A DNA stretch of 64,000 nt from Promethearchaeota archaeon (GTDB lineage: Archaea; Asgardarchaeota; Lokiarchaeia; Sigyniarchaeales; SOKP01): the NCBI GenBank assembly GCA_048941285.1, contig JBHLNS010000006.1:42338-106337 (forward strand), written 5' to 3'. The translations under genes and the position numbers were made by a program. How positions within the stretch are numbered: the first letter of the stretch is position 1; every line of letters starts with the position of its first letter. Below the pieces are notes generated by a model. That model searched no databases and was not told the origin of the DNA. It saw only the letters and a list, made by a program, of their open reading frames with translations. Below, one piece after another: positions 29,793 to 39,956 of this stretch.

Positions 29793-31082
29793 ATGGAAAA
29801 AAGTTTTGAATTGGAGAATCGAGTTATACCAATTAGGATGCTTTATGAATCTATTTCAGCTACTCACCAATTAGTTGAAGGAATCCTTCCTGAAAATGGA
29901 ATACCAGAATTGAGAATAGCTCTTGACAAAGTAAAATCGGTTTTAAAGAAAAATCTCACAAAAGCAAAAGAAGGGTTGCCAATCGTAGGATACCATTTTG
30001 CGATTCCTGCTGAATATCTCTCCTGTTTTGATTGTGTTCCCGTATGCCTTGAAGGAACCGGTTATTATTTGTCAACACTATTATTGGATGGTGTAGAGAA
30101 ATACTATGATTTAATGATAAATTGGGGCCATCCCTTTCATACATGTACAGCACAAAAGGGTCCAATGGGAATGGCCTTAGATGACTTATTTCAATTTGAT
30201 GCAATATTTACACCTACTGCCCCTTGTGATAACACATGTGCATCCTATCCATTTTTTAGATTAGAAAAAAAATTCCCCTTAATAATTGCTGATATGCCAT
30301 TTCGTATAAATGAGAAGAGTTATGAATATTATGGCAACCAAATTAAGCAAAGTTTATATGAAATAGGGAGGGTGATAGGTCAAGAACCAGATTTTGAAAA
30401 GATGAAAACTCATATTGAAATTGAAAACCGAGTACAGCAAATTAGATTTGAAATATTTGAGTTGACTAAAGCTATTCCTAGCCCTATTTCAAATATCTAT
30501 AACGCAGTTTCTGCAGGTACATTCATTCTTGTTTCTGGGACACAAGAAAATTTAGCTTTTTATGAAGAAGTGTTAGAGATTGTGAAAAAAAGATATAAAG
30601 CTAAAAAACATCATGGAGGTGAGGAAAAAATAAGATCTATTTGGCCTTATATGGTAACTTATTTTGACATGTCTTTATGTGAATGGTTGGATCGAGAATT
30701 GGGTATGAGTGTACTTTTTGATATTTTCAACTATAATTTTTCAGAACCAATAAATACAGCATCAGATTTGGATACCATGTTTTTTGATATGGCAAGAAAA
30801 AGCATGGGATGGCCCATGGTAAAGCAATCTACTGATTTTTATTATAATTCGCTCGAAAATTGTCTTAATATGGCCAAGGAATTCAGTGCGGATTGTTTTA
30901 TTTACACCCAGAGTTTGGCTTGTAAACAGTTTGGCTCCTTTCCACAATTATTAAGAGAAGCTCTTATGGATGAATTGGGAATTCCAATGTTACTTATTGA
31001 ATTTGATGTTGGAGATAAACGTTTTACTCCATTAAAGGTCATTAAAGAAAAAATTAAACTGTTTGCTCAGACTCTAATGTGA
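29793..31082 (+). CDS. 2-hydroxyacyl-CoA dehydratase family subunit (HgdA/BcrB-like)
   Basis: TC, PCD, ADC.I....ACK, GIPMLLIEFD.GD.R. Confidence 0.85.
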   Translation: MEKSFELENRVIPIRMLYESISATHQLVEGILPENGIPELRIALDKVKSVLKKNLTKAKEGLPIVGYHFAIPAEYLSCFDCVPVCLEGTGYYLSTLLLDGVEKYYDLMINWGHPFHTCTAQKGPMGMALDDLFQFDAIFTPTAPCDNTCASYPFFRLEKKFPLIIADMPFRINEKSYEYYGNQIKQSLYEIGRVIGQEPDFEKMKTHIEIENRVQQIRFEIFELTKAIPSPISNIYNAVSAGTFILVSGTQENLAFYEEVLEIVKKRYKAKKHHGGEEKIRSIWPYMVTYFDMSLCEWLDRELGMSVLFDIFNYNFSEPINTASDLDTMFFDMARKSMGWPMVKQSTDFYYNSLENCLNMAKEFSADCFIYTQSLACKQFGSFPQLLREALMDELGIPMLLIEFDVGDKRFTPLKVIKEKIKLFAQTLM

Positions 31083-31182
31083 GTTTAAAATTATAAATAT
31101 AAGAATTTTAAATATAATAATTATTATAACAAATTATTTTCTTAAAACTTGAATTATTTTAATTTGAATAAGGTTTCCAAAA

Positions 31183-32658
31183 ATGATTGAACGTAAAGTA
31201 ATATCAGAATTAGAGCAAATTGTCGGAGAAAAGTATGTTTCGGATGAGCCTGAAATACAATTTCTTTATCATTATGATTTTATAACTGCAGAACCTGAGG
31301 GCAAATGTGATATAGCAATTATGCCAAAAGTAGCCGAAGAAGTTCAAGATATTGTTAAAATTGCTAATAAATATAAAATTCCAATAGTTCCTTGGGTTTC
31401 TGGAATAAATTTTGGTTCTATTGCAACCCCTCGAAAAGGAGGGATTGTTGTTGATTTAAGGCGCATGAATCGAGTACTTGAAGTCAATGAAGATGATATG
31501 TATATCGTTGTGGAAGGAGGAATTACTTGGGCTGATTTAAAAGGATATTTAGATAAATACCATCCTAATTTTAGAGCAGGAATAACTTTTTCACCTCCTG
31601 GGACGGGGGTTATTCCGTCATGTTTGTGTTATGGGATGTTTGATCTTGGAATGTTAGGTGGAACTGGAGCAGAATTTATAAATGGAATGGAAGTTGTATT
31701 AGGTTCTGGCGAATTAATAAAGGTGGGGTCTTGTAGCCTTTCAAATCATTGGTATGGGAGACAACCATTACCTGATCTAGCTGGATTATTTATAGGGTGG
31801 GAAGGAGGCACAGGCATAGTTACTAAAGGTGCTATTAAACTATGGCCTAAATTACCCTATCGAACAGATTACATGCCTATTGGCTCCAAAGTGGAAATTG
31901 GAGTCCCTATGATGCTTAAGCTTTCAAAAGCAGGTTTAGGAATCTGTGATCTTGTTTTTCTTAATATGGGGTGGACGCAAGCTATGCAGGGTTTTTCTGA
32001 AAAGAATGTAGCTATAGATCCAGTTGCTTTAGGGCTACCAGATTTCTTAGGACTCATAACGACTCAAGCATTTACAGAAGATCAACATAAAGCACAGTGT
32101 AAAGCTATTGAAACTATTTGTAGAGAATATAAGATCGATCCTTTACCTTCTGATATTCAACTAAAAACCTTTCCAAAAGATATGAGAGGAATCTTTAACG
32201 ATTTAACTCCCGCCACAGGAGGTCAAACTCCATTTCAAGGATGGGGTTGTTGGAATTTTAGTCGAGGTGGGGGTGGTGAATGGATAGGGTCTTATTGTTC
32301 TACACGCGACATTGTAAAATATTATAGTTTATCAAGAGAAGTTTGTCTCAGGCATGGTAAACCACCACAATTTTATAGCAGAATTCTATTTGGGGGTCAT
32401 TATTGCGTTGCTCGCACTAACGTATGCTTTAATAAAAACGATCCCGAGGATATTAAAAAAGCAAGATTAGTATTAAAAGAAATTCATGATGTTGTCCAGC
32501 AGTTAGATGGCGTTATAATGTATAAAGCCCCTTTATGGGTAGTAGAATATTATAAGAATAAAACTCATCCTGCTACAACTAAATTGATTGAAAAACTTAA
32601 AAATCTTCTTGATCCTAATGGAATAATGAATCCAGGTCATGGAATTGGAGGTGAATGA
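31183..32658 (+). CDS. FAD-binding oxidoreductase (GlcD/D-lactate dehydrogenase family)
   Basis: GGIVVDLRRMNRVLEV, GMEVVLGSG, GLFIGWEGGTGIVTK, LDPNGIMNPG. Confidence 0.88.
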   Translation: MIERKVISELEQIVGEKYVSDEPEIQFLYHYDFITAEPEGKCDIAIMPKVAEEVQDIVKIANKYKIPIVPWVSGINFGSIATPRKGGIVVDLRRMNRVLEVNEDDMYIVVEGGITWADLKGYLDKYHPNFRAGITFSPPGTGVIPSCLCYGMFDLGMLGGTGAEFINGMEVVLGSGELIKVGSCSLSNHWYGRQPLPDLAGLFIGWEGGTGIVTKGAIKLWPKLPYRTDYMPIGSKVEIGVPMMLKLSKAGLGICDLVFLNMGWTQAMQGFSEKNVAIDPVALGLPDFLGLITTQAFTEDQHKAQCKAIETICREYKIDPLPSDIQLKTFPKDMRGIFNDLTPATGGQTPFQGWGCWNFSRGGGGEWIGSYCSTRDIVKYYSLSREVCLRHGKPPQFYSRILFGGHYCVARTNVCFNKNDPEDIKKARLVLKEIHDVVQQLDGVIMYKAPLWVVEYYKNKTHPATTKLIEKLKNLLDPNGIMNPGHGIGGE

Positions 32659-32659
32659 G

Positions 32660-33910
32660 TTGGAGAAAGAAAAGAATTTGAAATATATTAAGGGTACAGG
32701 AATAACTGAATTAGAAATATTTGCAGATCGAATTTCATTAGAAAGAAATAAAACTTTAGATTATTATAAAGATATTTTATATCAGTGTGGAAAGTGTGGA
32801 ACATGTAGGACTGGATTTCAAGAAGAAGGTTGGTATCGCGTTTGTCCCTCTGGAGAATATGGAAAATTCGAAGCCTACTACTTAGGAGGGAAAAATCTAC
32901 TTTCTTGGGCAGTTTCATCAGATCGATTGAATTGGACTGAAAATCTATCAAAAATATTTTATAAATGTTCTCTATGCTTAGCTTGTACTCAACAATGTCA
33001 AATCCCAGAAATCCATCATTATGCTGGAGAATGGCTAATGGCAATGAGAGAGGAAGCTGTTCAAAGAGGCTTAGGACCCATGCCAGAACAAATTAGATAT
33101 TCGGAACACATTGCATCAGAATATAATCCTTATATGGAACGGCATAAAGATCGCACAAATTGGTTATCATCAACTATTAAACAAAATCAAAATGCAAAAT
33201 TAGCATATTTTGTGGGTTGTACCACTAGTTATAGGGAGCAAAATATTGCTAAAGCTACTGCTGAAATATTAAATTCAATTCAAACTGATTTTAAAATTAT
33301 AAAAGATGAACATTGTTGTGGCTCACCTGTATATATGACTGGTCAAACTGCTCAAGCAAAAAAAATTGCTGAAAGCAATGTAGAGATTTTTAAAAAGGAA
33401 GGAATCGAAAAGATTATTACTTCTTGTGCTGGTTGCTATCGAACCTTGAAAGAAATGTATCCTAAGAAATTTGGACTCGATCATGGTATTGAGATACTTC
33501 ATTTACCAGAGTTCTTATTAGAGAAATTAAATGATAATGAGATAAAATTTAATAATAATCTAAACATGAAAGTAACTTACCACGATCCATGCCATATAGG
33601 TCGCCATATGGGAATCTATGAACCCCCTAGAGAAGTATTAAAAAATATTCCTGGGATTGAATTGATAGAAATGTCAAGAAACCGACAAAATGCTTGGTGT
33701 TGTGGTTCTGGGGGGGGTGTGAGGTCCGCGTTTAAAGATTTATCTAGTTTTGCAGCGAAAGAAAGAATTGAGGAAGCGAAAGAGAGTAATGCTGAAGCAC
33801 TTGTATCTTGCTGCCCGTTCTGCTTAAATCAATTCAAATCAAATATTAAAAACAATGAAATCAAAACTTATGATCTTTCAGAATTAGTACATAAAGCAAT
33901 TAAGAGTTAA
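32660..33910 (+). CDS. Fe-S oxidoreductase (GlcF/HdrD-like, CCG domains)
   Basis: CGKCGTC...CP, CSLCLACTQQC, YFVGC, EHCCG, TYHDPCHIGR, CCGSGGG, CPFC; TTG at 32660 after GGAGGTGA. Confidence 0.9.
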   Translation: MEKEKNLKYIKGTGITELEIFADRISLERNKTLDYYKDILYQCGKCGTCRTGFQEEGWYRVCPSGEYGKFEAYYLGGKNLLSWAVSSDRLNWTENLSKIFYKCSLCLACTQQCQIPEIHHYAGEWLMAMREEAVQRGLGPMPEQIRYSEHIASEYNPYMERHKDRTNWLSSTIKQNQNAKLAYFVGCTTSYREQNIAKATAEILNSIQTDFKIIKDEHCCGSPVYMTGQTAQAKKIAESNVEIFKKEGIEKIITSCAGCYRTLKEMYPKKFGLDHGIEILHLPEFLLEKLNDNEIKFNNNLNMKVTYHDPCHIGRHMGIYEPPREVLKNIPGIELIEMSRNRQNAWCCGSGGGVRSAFKDLSSFAAKERIEEAKESNAEALVSCCPFCLNQFKSNIKNNEIKTYDLSELVHKAIKS

Positions 33911-33962
33911 AACTATTAATCTTCTTTTTTTATTATTTTTATAGAACTTTAATTTAAATTAT

Positions 33963-34745
33963 ATGAAACTCAAATTATTTCTAGAATTTCTCAATAATTT
34001 GCGAAATTTTATAGACTCTGAATCCCAAAAAGGGAAAAAAGTATTTATTTATGAAAAAAAATCAGATCCTCTTAAATTCTTTGAAAATTTACAAATCAAA
34101 GTAGGATTAGACAAACATAAAGATATAATTCTTGAAGGTGAAACTACACTTGAGTTAGGAGGTATTAAAAGAAAGTCTTTTTCTTTAATTTATTCCTTCT
34201 CAAACCTAGATTTCATAAATCATATAAATAACGGAAGAATTACATTAATTGGACCAGAAAGTAAAGATATACTTGATTTGTCTACGAATTTTGGTATGAT
34301 AATCCTAATTGGGGTAAGATATATTGCTGAAAAAGATTATGTGTCTCTAAAACAATTTAATTTAATATCTAATGGTATTGAAGGATTTTTAATAAGGACT
34401 ATTCCTAGAAAATTTTGGTGTCGAATAAGCGAGAATATAAGACCGCATTTTTCATTCGAATTTTTAGGAAATGCAATTTTCTATTTATATAAACAAAGAT
34501 TTAAAGATTTAATCAGATCTATGGAAATTTTTTTTGTAAATTCCTATCCCGATGTAATTGAGGAAATAATAGAAATTTCCTCCAAAATTTCCATTTCTCA
34601 AAATAAGAAATGGTTAAAGAAAATTGAAGAATGGAAAAAAAGAATCTATTGTGAGTATGATTGGGGATGCGAAATCTGCCCTTATCAGGAAGAATGTTAT
34701 GGAATCAAACAAGTTTTAGTTGAAAGAGAAAAAATTGAAAAATAA
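33963..34745 (+). CDS. truncated acetyl-CoA synthase beta (CdhC/AcsB)-like domain protein with C-terminal Cys cluster
   Basis: ELGG..SF, ITLIGPE, EGF...FWCRIS...FSFEFLG, MEIFF resemble the ACS middle domain; CEYDWGCEICPYQEEC tail. Confidence 0.6.
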   Translation: MKLKLFLEFLNNLRNFIDSESQKGKKVFIYEKKSDPLKFFENLQIKVGLDKHKDIILEGETTLELGGIKRKSFSLIYSFSNLDFINHINNGRITLIGPESKDILDLSTNFGMIILIGVRYIAEKDYVSLKQFNLISNGIEGFLIRTIPRKFWCRISENIRPHFSFEFLGNAIFYLYKQRFKDLIRSMEIFFVNSYPDVIEEIIEISSKISISQNKKWLKKIEEWKKRIYCEYDWGCEICPYQEECYGIKQVLVEREKIEK

Positions 34746-34772
34746 TATAAAAGGATTTTTGGTACCCTCGAT

Positions 34773-35555
34773 ATGAAAAATGTAAATCATTTTAACAAGC
34801 CATTAACAATTTCAGTTGTAGGGAAGGGAGGTTCTGGTAAAACAGTTATAACAGCTCTCTTAGCTAAAAGTATTTCAAAATTGTATAAATTTAAAACGTT
34901 ATTGATTGATGCAGATCCAACACATCCACATTTGAGTCATATGGTGAATTTAATCCCAGAAAAGAGTCTTGAAAGATTAAGGACTGAAGTTATAGATGAA
35001 ATTTTAACTAAAGCAAAGGATTTCGAAAAAGTAGCGGAAAATATTGATTTTGAGGTTTATAATGCTATTGCTGAAAGTAAACATTTTAGTTTGTTCTCTA
35101 TAGGACAACCAGAGGGACCGGGGTGTTTTTGTCCTTCAAATACTCTTTTACGAAAGGTTATTGGATCGATTTCTAAGGATTTTGATTTGGTAATTATTGA
35201 CTGTGAAGCGGGACTTGAACAGATCAACCGAATGGTAATAGAATCTGTAGACATTCTCTTAATTGTATCTGATATATCAATGAGAAGTATTGAGACGGCG
35301 GCTGCTATACGTGAAAGTGCGAAGAAATTCACTCATTATAAAAAATTAGGGCTTATTTTAAATCGAGTTAAAGGGAATATACATCAAATAAAACAAAAAT
35401 TAAAAGATTTAAATTTACCTCTTCTAGGAGAAATTCCAGAAGACAATGAAATCTCTGAAATTGAATTAAAGGGTAAACCAATAATAGATATACCAGAAAA
35501 ATCAAAAAGTTTTATTGCTTTAAATAAATTAGTTGATAACATTTTAGATTTTTAA
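34773..35555 (+). CDS. cooC: CooC/AcsF-family nickel-insertion ATPase
   Basis: GKGGSGKT, IDADP, GPGCFC, DCEAGLEQINR. Confidence 0.88.
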   Translation: MKNVNHFNKPLTISVVGKGGSGKTVITALLAKSISKLYKFKTLLIDADPTHPHLSHMVNLIPEKSLERLRTEVIDEILTKAKDFEKVAENIDFEVYNAIAESKHFSLFSIGQPEGPGCFCPSNTLLRKVIGSISKDFDLVIIDCEAGLEQINRMVIESVDILLIVSDISMRSIETAAAIRESAKKFTHYKKLGLILNRVKGNIHQIKQKLKDLNLPLLGEIPEDNEISEIELKGKPIIDIPEKSKSFIALNKLVDNILDF

Positions 35556-35640
35556 TTTTAAAATCTCTTAATGACTAAAACAGCATATCTAGTGTCTCTA
35601 ATCTCAATACATCCTAAGAATCTTAACTTCAAAGATTTTT

Positions 35641-35677
35641 AAAAAAAGTTCGAAAAGTGCACCTCAAATCTTAATAA
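35641..35677 (+). promoter_or_regulatory. conserved operator+promoter motif, copy 1
   Basis: AAAAAAAGTTCgaaaAGTGcACCTcAAAtCTT, shared with 37425-37460. Confidence 0.6.
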
Positions 35678-35719
35678 TCATAATCTCATAAATTAAAATC
35701 AAAAGAGATTAGAAATAAA

Positions 35720-36796
35720 ATGAATTCAAAGAAGCCAACCCTAAAGAAATATATTTTTATTACTATTGCTTTTATTATAATTTTTTCAAACGGAAATAAA
35801 GTATGTGGAGATTTAAATATATATCCACGAAAGATCGGACAATTTAGCACTCCATTTGCTTGGGATGTTGTGGTTATCGACGATATAGCCTATATCGGAA
35901 GTAATGAAGAAGGGCTCCAAATTATTAATGTTTCTGATTCCCGCTATCCAATTGAGTTGGGACACATTAACCTGGGAGTAACTCATAGTATCGATGTTCT
36001 TAAAGGAGTTGCTTATTTAGCAAATTATTTTAATGGTTTACAAATAGTTAATGTATCAAATCCCCTAAATCCAATTAAAATAAGTGATTTTCATGATGGA
36101 GGACACATTTTTGATGTTTCTACTAATGAGGATCTTGTTTATATAGTAAGTGCAGAAAACGGGCTTGAAATTATAAACTGTAGTGATATTAGAAATCCAA
36201 ATAAAATTGGTGAGTATAATGATGGCGGTTTGCCTAATGGCGTTTTCATTAAAGATGATCTAGCTTATATAGCAGAATATCATGCAGGGCTTGAGATAAT
36301 AAATATTTCCGATCCATACAATCCTTTCGAAATTGGAGGATGCTTTATCGGGGAAGGGGCTTATAGTGTTGATGTTGTAGAGAATCTTGCTTACTTATGT
36401 TATAGCTCATATGGATTAGAGATCATAGATGTAAGTGATCCATTCCAACCGATTACTATAGGATCATTTGATAATGGAGGTAATGTTTATTTTGCTTTTA
36501 TTTCAGATGACTTAGCTTTTATCTCAGATGATGTAGATGGGTTCGAACTTGTTAATGTAAGTGATCCTACTAATCCTTGGAAGATATGTGGATTTAATGA
36601 CGGAGGACACACAAGAAATTTATTTGTTGATAATAATATTGTGTTTTTAACTGATTTAGACCATGGATTAGAAATCCTCGAACTATCAGATGTTCCACCA
36701 AGTAAAGATCCAAATTTTATACTCCCCTCAATAATAATTACTATTTTGACAGGTGTGATTTTGGTAATAATTATTATATATAGACATAAAAAATAG
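35720..36796 (+). CDS. LVIVD-repeat beta-propeller surface protein with signal peptide and C-terminal TM anchor
   Basis: ~7 repeats of AY......GL.I.NVSDP..P..IG; hydrophobic termini. Confidence 0.9.
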   Translation: MNSKKPTLKKYIFITIAFIIIFSNGNKVCGDLNIYPRKIGQFSTPFAWDVVVIDDIAYIGSNEEGLQIINVSDSRYPIELGHINLGVTHSIDVLKGVAYLANYFNGLQIVNVSNPLNPIKISDFHDGGHIFDVSTNEDLVYIVSAENGLEIINCSDIRNPNKIGEYNDGGLPNGVFIKDDLAYIAEYHAGLEIINISDPYNPFEIGGCFIGEGAYSVDVVENLAYLCYSSYGLEIIDVSDPFQPITIGSFDNGGNVYFAFISDDLAFISDDVDGFELVNVSDPTNPWKICGFNDGGHTRNLFVDNNIVFLTDLDHGLEILELSDVPPSKDPNFILPSIIITILTGVILVIIIIYRHKK

Positions 36797-36842
36797 AATA
36801 AACATGTATCTAAAAATATTTTAAGGATATTGGTGTGATGAG

Positions 36843-37358
36843 TTGAATTTTTTCAAAAGAAATGTTAAAGTCCTGCCAATTATTGGGGGTTTTTTAGCAA
36901 TAATCTCTATACTAATGCCAACATCTTTTCATACTGAAATAGGAAATACTTACTTTGTATGGATAAATCAACTGTACTTAAGAATTGATCCAACTCCTAT
37001 TGCTATTGGATTGTTGAGAACTGATCTTACATTAGTTATTTTTTCTATAACATTTGGATTAATAATAGTTTCAAGTTCTGTAACAATAATTACTGCAACA
37101 TTGTTATGTAAAAAATTTTCAAAAATTCTAAGCGAAAATAAAAAAATTTGGATAACAGTAGCATTATTAATCGCGATTTCAACTTTATCTTGGATTATAA
37201 TGATGGAAGTTTTTTATATGATTTATGGATATAACCATTGGATTACTAGTGGAGGTGGGTATATTCCTTATTTCGGAGTGATAGGGCCTTTTATAGGAAC
37301 AATCATTATTATTATAGGTGTTCTATTCGACAAAAATTCGAATCGTTCAATAAATTAA
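36843..37358 (+). CDS. 4-TM hypothetical membrane protein
   Basis: Four hydrophobic helices; P.FG.IGPFIG motif. Confidence 0.7.
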   Translation: MNFFKRNVKVLPIIGGFLAIISILMPTSFHTEIGNTYFVWINQLYLRIDPTPIAIGLLRTDLTLVIFSITFGLIIVSSSVTIITATLLCKKFSKILSENKKIWITVALLIAISTLSWIIMMEVFYMIYGYNHWITSGGGYIPYFGVIGPFIGTIIIIIGVLFDKNSNRSIN

Positions 37359-37424
37359 AATCGTAGAGATCCTATTTTTTTGGATATATTCTTTTTTATC
37401 TTTTTTATTTAGAGCCCAAGTATT

Positions 37425-37460
37425 AAAAAAAGTTCTATAAGTGGACCTTAAACCTTTAAA
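37425..37460 (+). promoter_or_regulatory. conserved operator+promoter motif, copy 2
   Basis: AAAAAAAGTTCtataAGTGgACCTtAAAcCTT. Confidence 0.6.
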
Positions 37461-37514
37461 AATAGAATTTTTTCATATTTAATAACAATAATTACAAATT
37501 TAAAGTGAATATAA

Positions 37515-38108
37515 ATGAAAAGTAATAGAGATAAGATTAAAGGTAAAGTATATTCAATCTCAACAAGTATTTCTTCATATTTAATTCCATTTTTTCAATA
37601 TGTGCCATGTACTGCAGTTTGGTTTGGTATAATGAGTGTACCATTATTTGCTTATTTATCATTATATTTTCAAAATCCTGGAATTTTAGTATATGATCTT
37701 GCATTTATATTTGGAACTTATGAAATTTATATTATATTGTTTGGATTAACAATCTTTGTTATTTCTCTCATCTATCAATTGACTCATAGAAAACAATTAA
37801 TCCGAGCAGGACCATATAAATACGTAAGGCATCCTCAATATCTTGGTGTTATTATTATAACTTTTGGAATGACGTTAATCGCTTTTCAAACAAGTCCTAT
37901 ATTCAATTTTAACTTAGGATATCTTAATGGTTATACGGTATTACTATATATATGGATTGGTGAAATATTAGCATATATTGTATTAGCAAAGATTGAAGAA
38001 TTTGCTTTAAAAGCTAAATACGGAGATGATTTCATGGAATATTGCAACCATGTTGCTTTTATGATTCCGTTCTTTAAATTAAAAAGAAATAAAACAGAGA
38101 ATACATAA
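37515..38108 (+). CDS. isoprenylcysteine/phospholipid methyltransferase (ICMT/PEMT) family membrane protein
   Basis: GPYKYVRHPQYLG, EE..L..KYG..F.EY. Confidence 0.85.
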   Translation: MKSNRDKIKGKVYSISTSISSYLIPFFQYVPCTAVWFGIMSVPLFAYLSLYFQNPGILVYDLAFIFGTYEIYIILFGLTIFVISLIYQLTHRKQLIRAGPYKYVRHPQYLGVIIITFGMTLIAFQTSPIFNFNLGYLNGYTVLLYIWIGEILAYIVLAKIEEFALKAKYGDDFMEYCNHVAFMIPFFKLKRNKTENT

Positions 38109-38117
38109 ATCATATTA

Positions 38118-38846
38118 TTGATGAAAAGACTAAAAAAAGAAATGAAAGATAAAAGATTTAATCGCTTAGTATTAAAAAAATTCGGAATTTTACTTTTTTC
38201 TCTCACATTATTATCAATTGTTTTAATTCAGATAATTTTATTATATGAAGCAGTTTTAGCACCCACAGAAGTCATTAATCTAGCTATCATAGTAATATCA
38301 GTTTTGATATCAGCAGTATTATCAATTACCATATTTGAAATTCTTACAATAAAAGAATATAAAGGATATTTTATAAAGAGAAGATTTATCAAAAAGGGAA
38401 AATCTTATTTAACTCTTACAGATATATTCGAAAATGAAAATCGTATAAATATTTTAACTCAAATTTTAAATAATCCTGGAATCCATCAAAATGAATTGTT
38501 AAGAAGCTGTGATCTTCAAAAAGGTCAATTACAATGGCATTTAGATGTTTTATTAAATTATCGTATTATAAAAAAAGAAAAACATGGACAATATACTATT
38601 TATTTTCCTATTACAAGTTCAATTGAATCGATTGAAAACTTTAAAAGTCTGCCAACTAAATCAGAAACAACCTTAAAAATTTTAGAAATTATTGAAAATA
38701 ATCCAGGAATTACATCATCTGAAATTGCAAAGAAAACTAATCTTGCTAGAAATACTATTAAATACCATATAGATAAATTATCAGAGAGCAATTTAATCTC
38801 ATTTAAGGAAAAGGGGAGAAAAATAGAATTATACCCAAAACAATGA
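38118..38846 (+). CDS. membrane-anchored double winged-HTH transcriptional regulator
   Basis: 2 TM helices, then NPGIHQNEL...LQWHL and NPGITSSEIA...IKYHI. Confidence 0.85.
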   Translation: MMKRLKKEMKDKRFNRLVLKKFGILLFSLTLLSIVLIQIILLYEAVLAPTEVINLAIIVISVLISAVLSITIFEILTIKEYKGYFIKRRFIKKGKSYLTLTDIFENENRINILTQILNNPGIHQNELLRSCDLQKGQLQWHLDVLLNYRIIKKEKHGQYTIYFPITSSIESIENFKSLPTKSETTLKILEIIENNPGITSSEIAKKTNLARNTIKYHIDKLSESNLISFKEKGRKIELYPKQ

Positions 38847-39062
38847 AATATATAGTAATTATGAATCCAACAATTTGTGATTTTATTTTGTCTTAATAAT
38901 TCCAATTGAATAAATTCATCAAAAATCTCCCGCATACATTAAGAAGAAATTCTAACTATAAGCCTTTTTATAATTAACAAGAATAAAAAAGTAAAGAATT
39001 TAGATTTGAATAATCTAAATTTTATTATATTCTCTTTTTTTAAATATTTTTCAAAATAGAAA

Positions 39063-39944
39063 TTAAGTGTTTAGTAATTTTGGGAATTTATTTTGCTTTG
39101 CCAATTCTTTTTGAATTATTTTATCCAATAGATCTTCTCGCTCCTTACCTGAAAGAACCTCTAATTTTCTAATTCCTAATGGGTCAACTTCTTCTCTTAA
39201 TAGCTTAATTTCTTTTACTGTTGGCGGTTCCGTTTCTTTCAACTTATCTGGAATGATTAATTCAAATCCAGTCGATTGAATCACAGTATTGAGTTCAATA
39301 TTTGGATGAATTGATCCTACTCTCATTTTTTTAGTATTATCATCAAAATCTAAATAAGCAAGATTTGTAATAACACACTGTGGTCCTGATCCACCACATA
39401 TTGAAGGTTTTCCATCGGGAAATCCCACCCCAGATATAAAAAAAAGATTTTCAGTTGGGACAAACGTCCTTGAATCATGTCGGGGTGTATAAAGGAAAGA
39501 CCCACGAGCATAAAACATACTAAAATCGAGTATTCCAGCAGCTCCAGGAAGTCTTATTTTTGGTTTATTCCAATCCCCTATACAGATATTATTACTGTTT
39601 CCATATTGGTCAATCTGAGCAGGCCTAAAAAACTCAATAGTAGTAAGTTTATCTGAAGGGAGAGACTCTAATGTGCATTCTACACTATCTTGGAATCGAT
39701 ACGCTCGGGCTGTGTTCATCTCGAGATATAATAAAGATACTTGGCGAGGTTCCATCACAAAAGTGTTCCCCATTATATAATGATATATTGCATCGGGTGC
39801 ATTGGTCAATTTAGCTAAGGTAAATGCTGCCCATACCATAGGAGTTGCTACACCAACTATCATTACATCATCATTTCTAACTTCTCGAGCCATTAAAACA
39901 GTCATCATTTCATCTATAGTATAGTCCTTTGAATATTCATTCAT
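39063..39944 (-). CDS. CoA-transferase beta subunit (glutaconate CoA-transferase GctB-like)
   Basis: AQIDQYGNSN, RLPGAAG, VITNLA..DFD, STGFEL. Confidence 0.88.
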   Translation of the reverse strand: MNEYSKDYTIDEMMTVLMAREVRNDDVMIVGVATPMVWAAFTLAKLTNAPDAIYHYIMGNTFVMEPRQVSLLYLEMNTARAYRFQDSVECTLESLPSDKLTTIEFFRPAQIDQYGNSNNICIGDWNKPKIRLPGAAGILDFSMFYARGSFLYTPRHDSRTFVPTENLFFISGVGFPDGKPSICGGSGPQCVITNLAYLDFDDNTKKMRVGSIHPNIELNTVIQSTGFELIIPDKLKETEPPTVKEIKLLREEVDPLGIRKLEVLSGKEREDLLDKIIQKELAKQNKFPKLLNT

Positions 39945-39956
39945 GATCTTTTCCTC

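Noticed and set aside
33963-35555. Wood-Ljungdahl CODH/ACS operon
   Set aside because: ACS-like ORF is only 260 aa without the A-cluster domain; no CODH or corrinoid Fe-S subunits nearby
35720-36796. Periodic ~130-nt similarity suggesting a CRISPR or tandem DNA repeat
   Set aside because: Explained by protein-level LVIVD repeats; no identical direct repeats with spacers seen in the window
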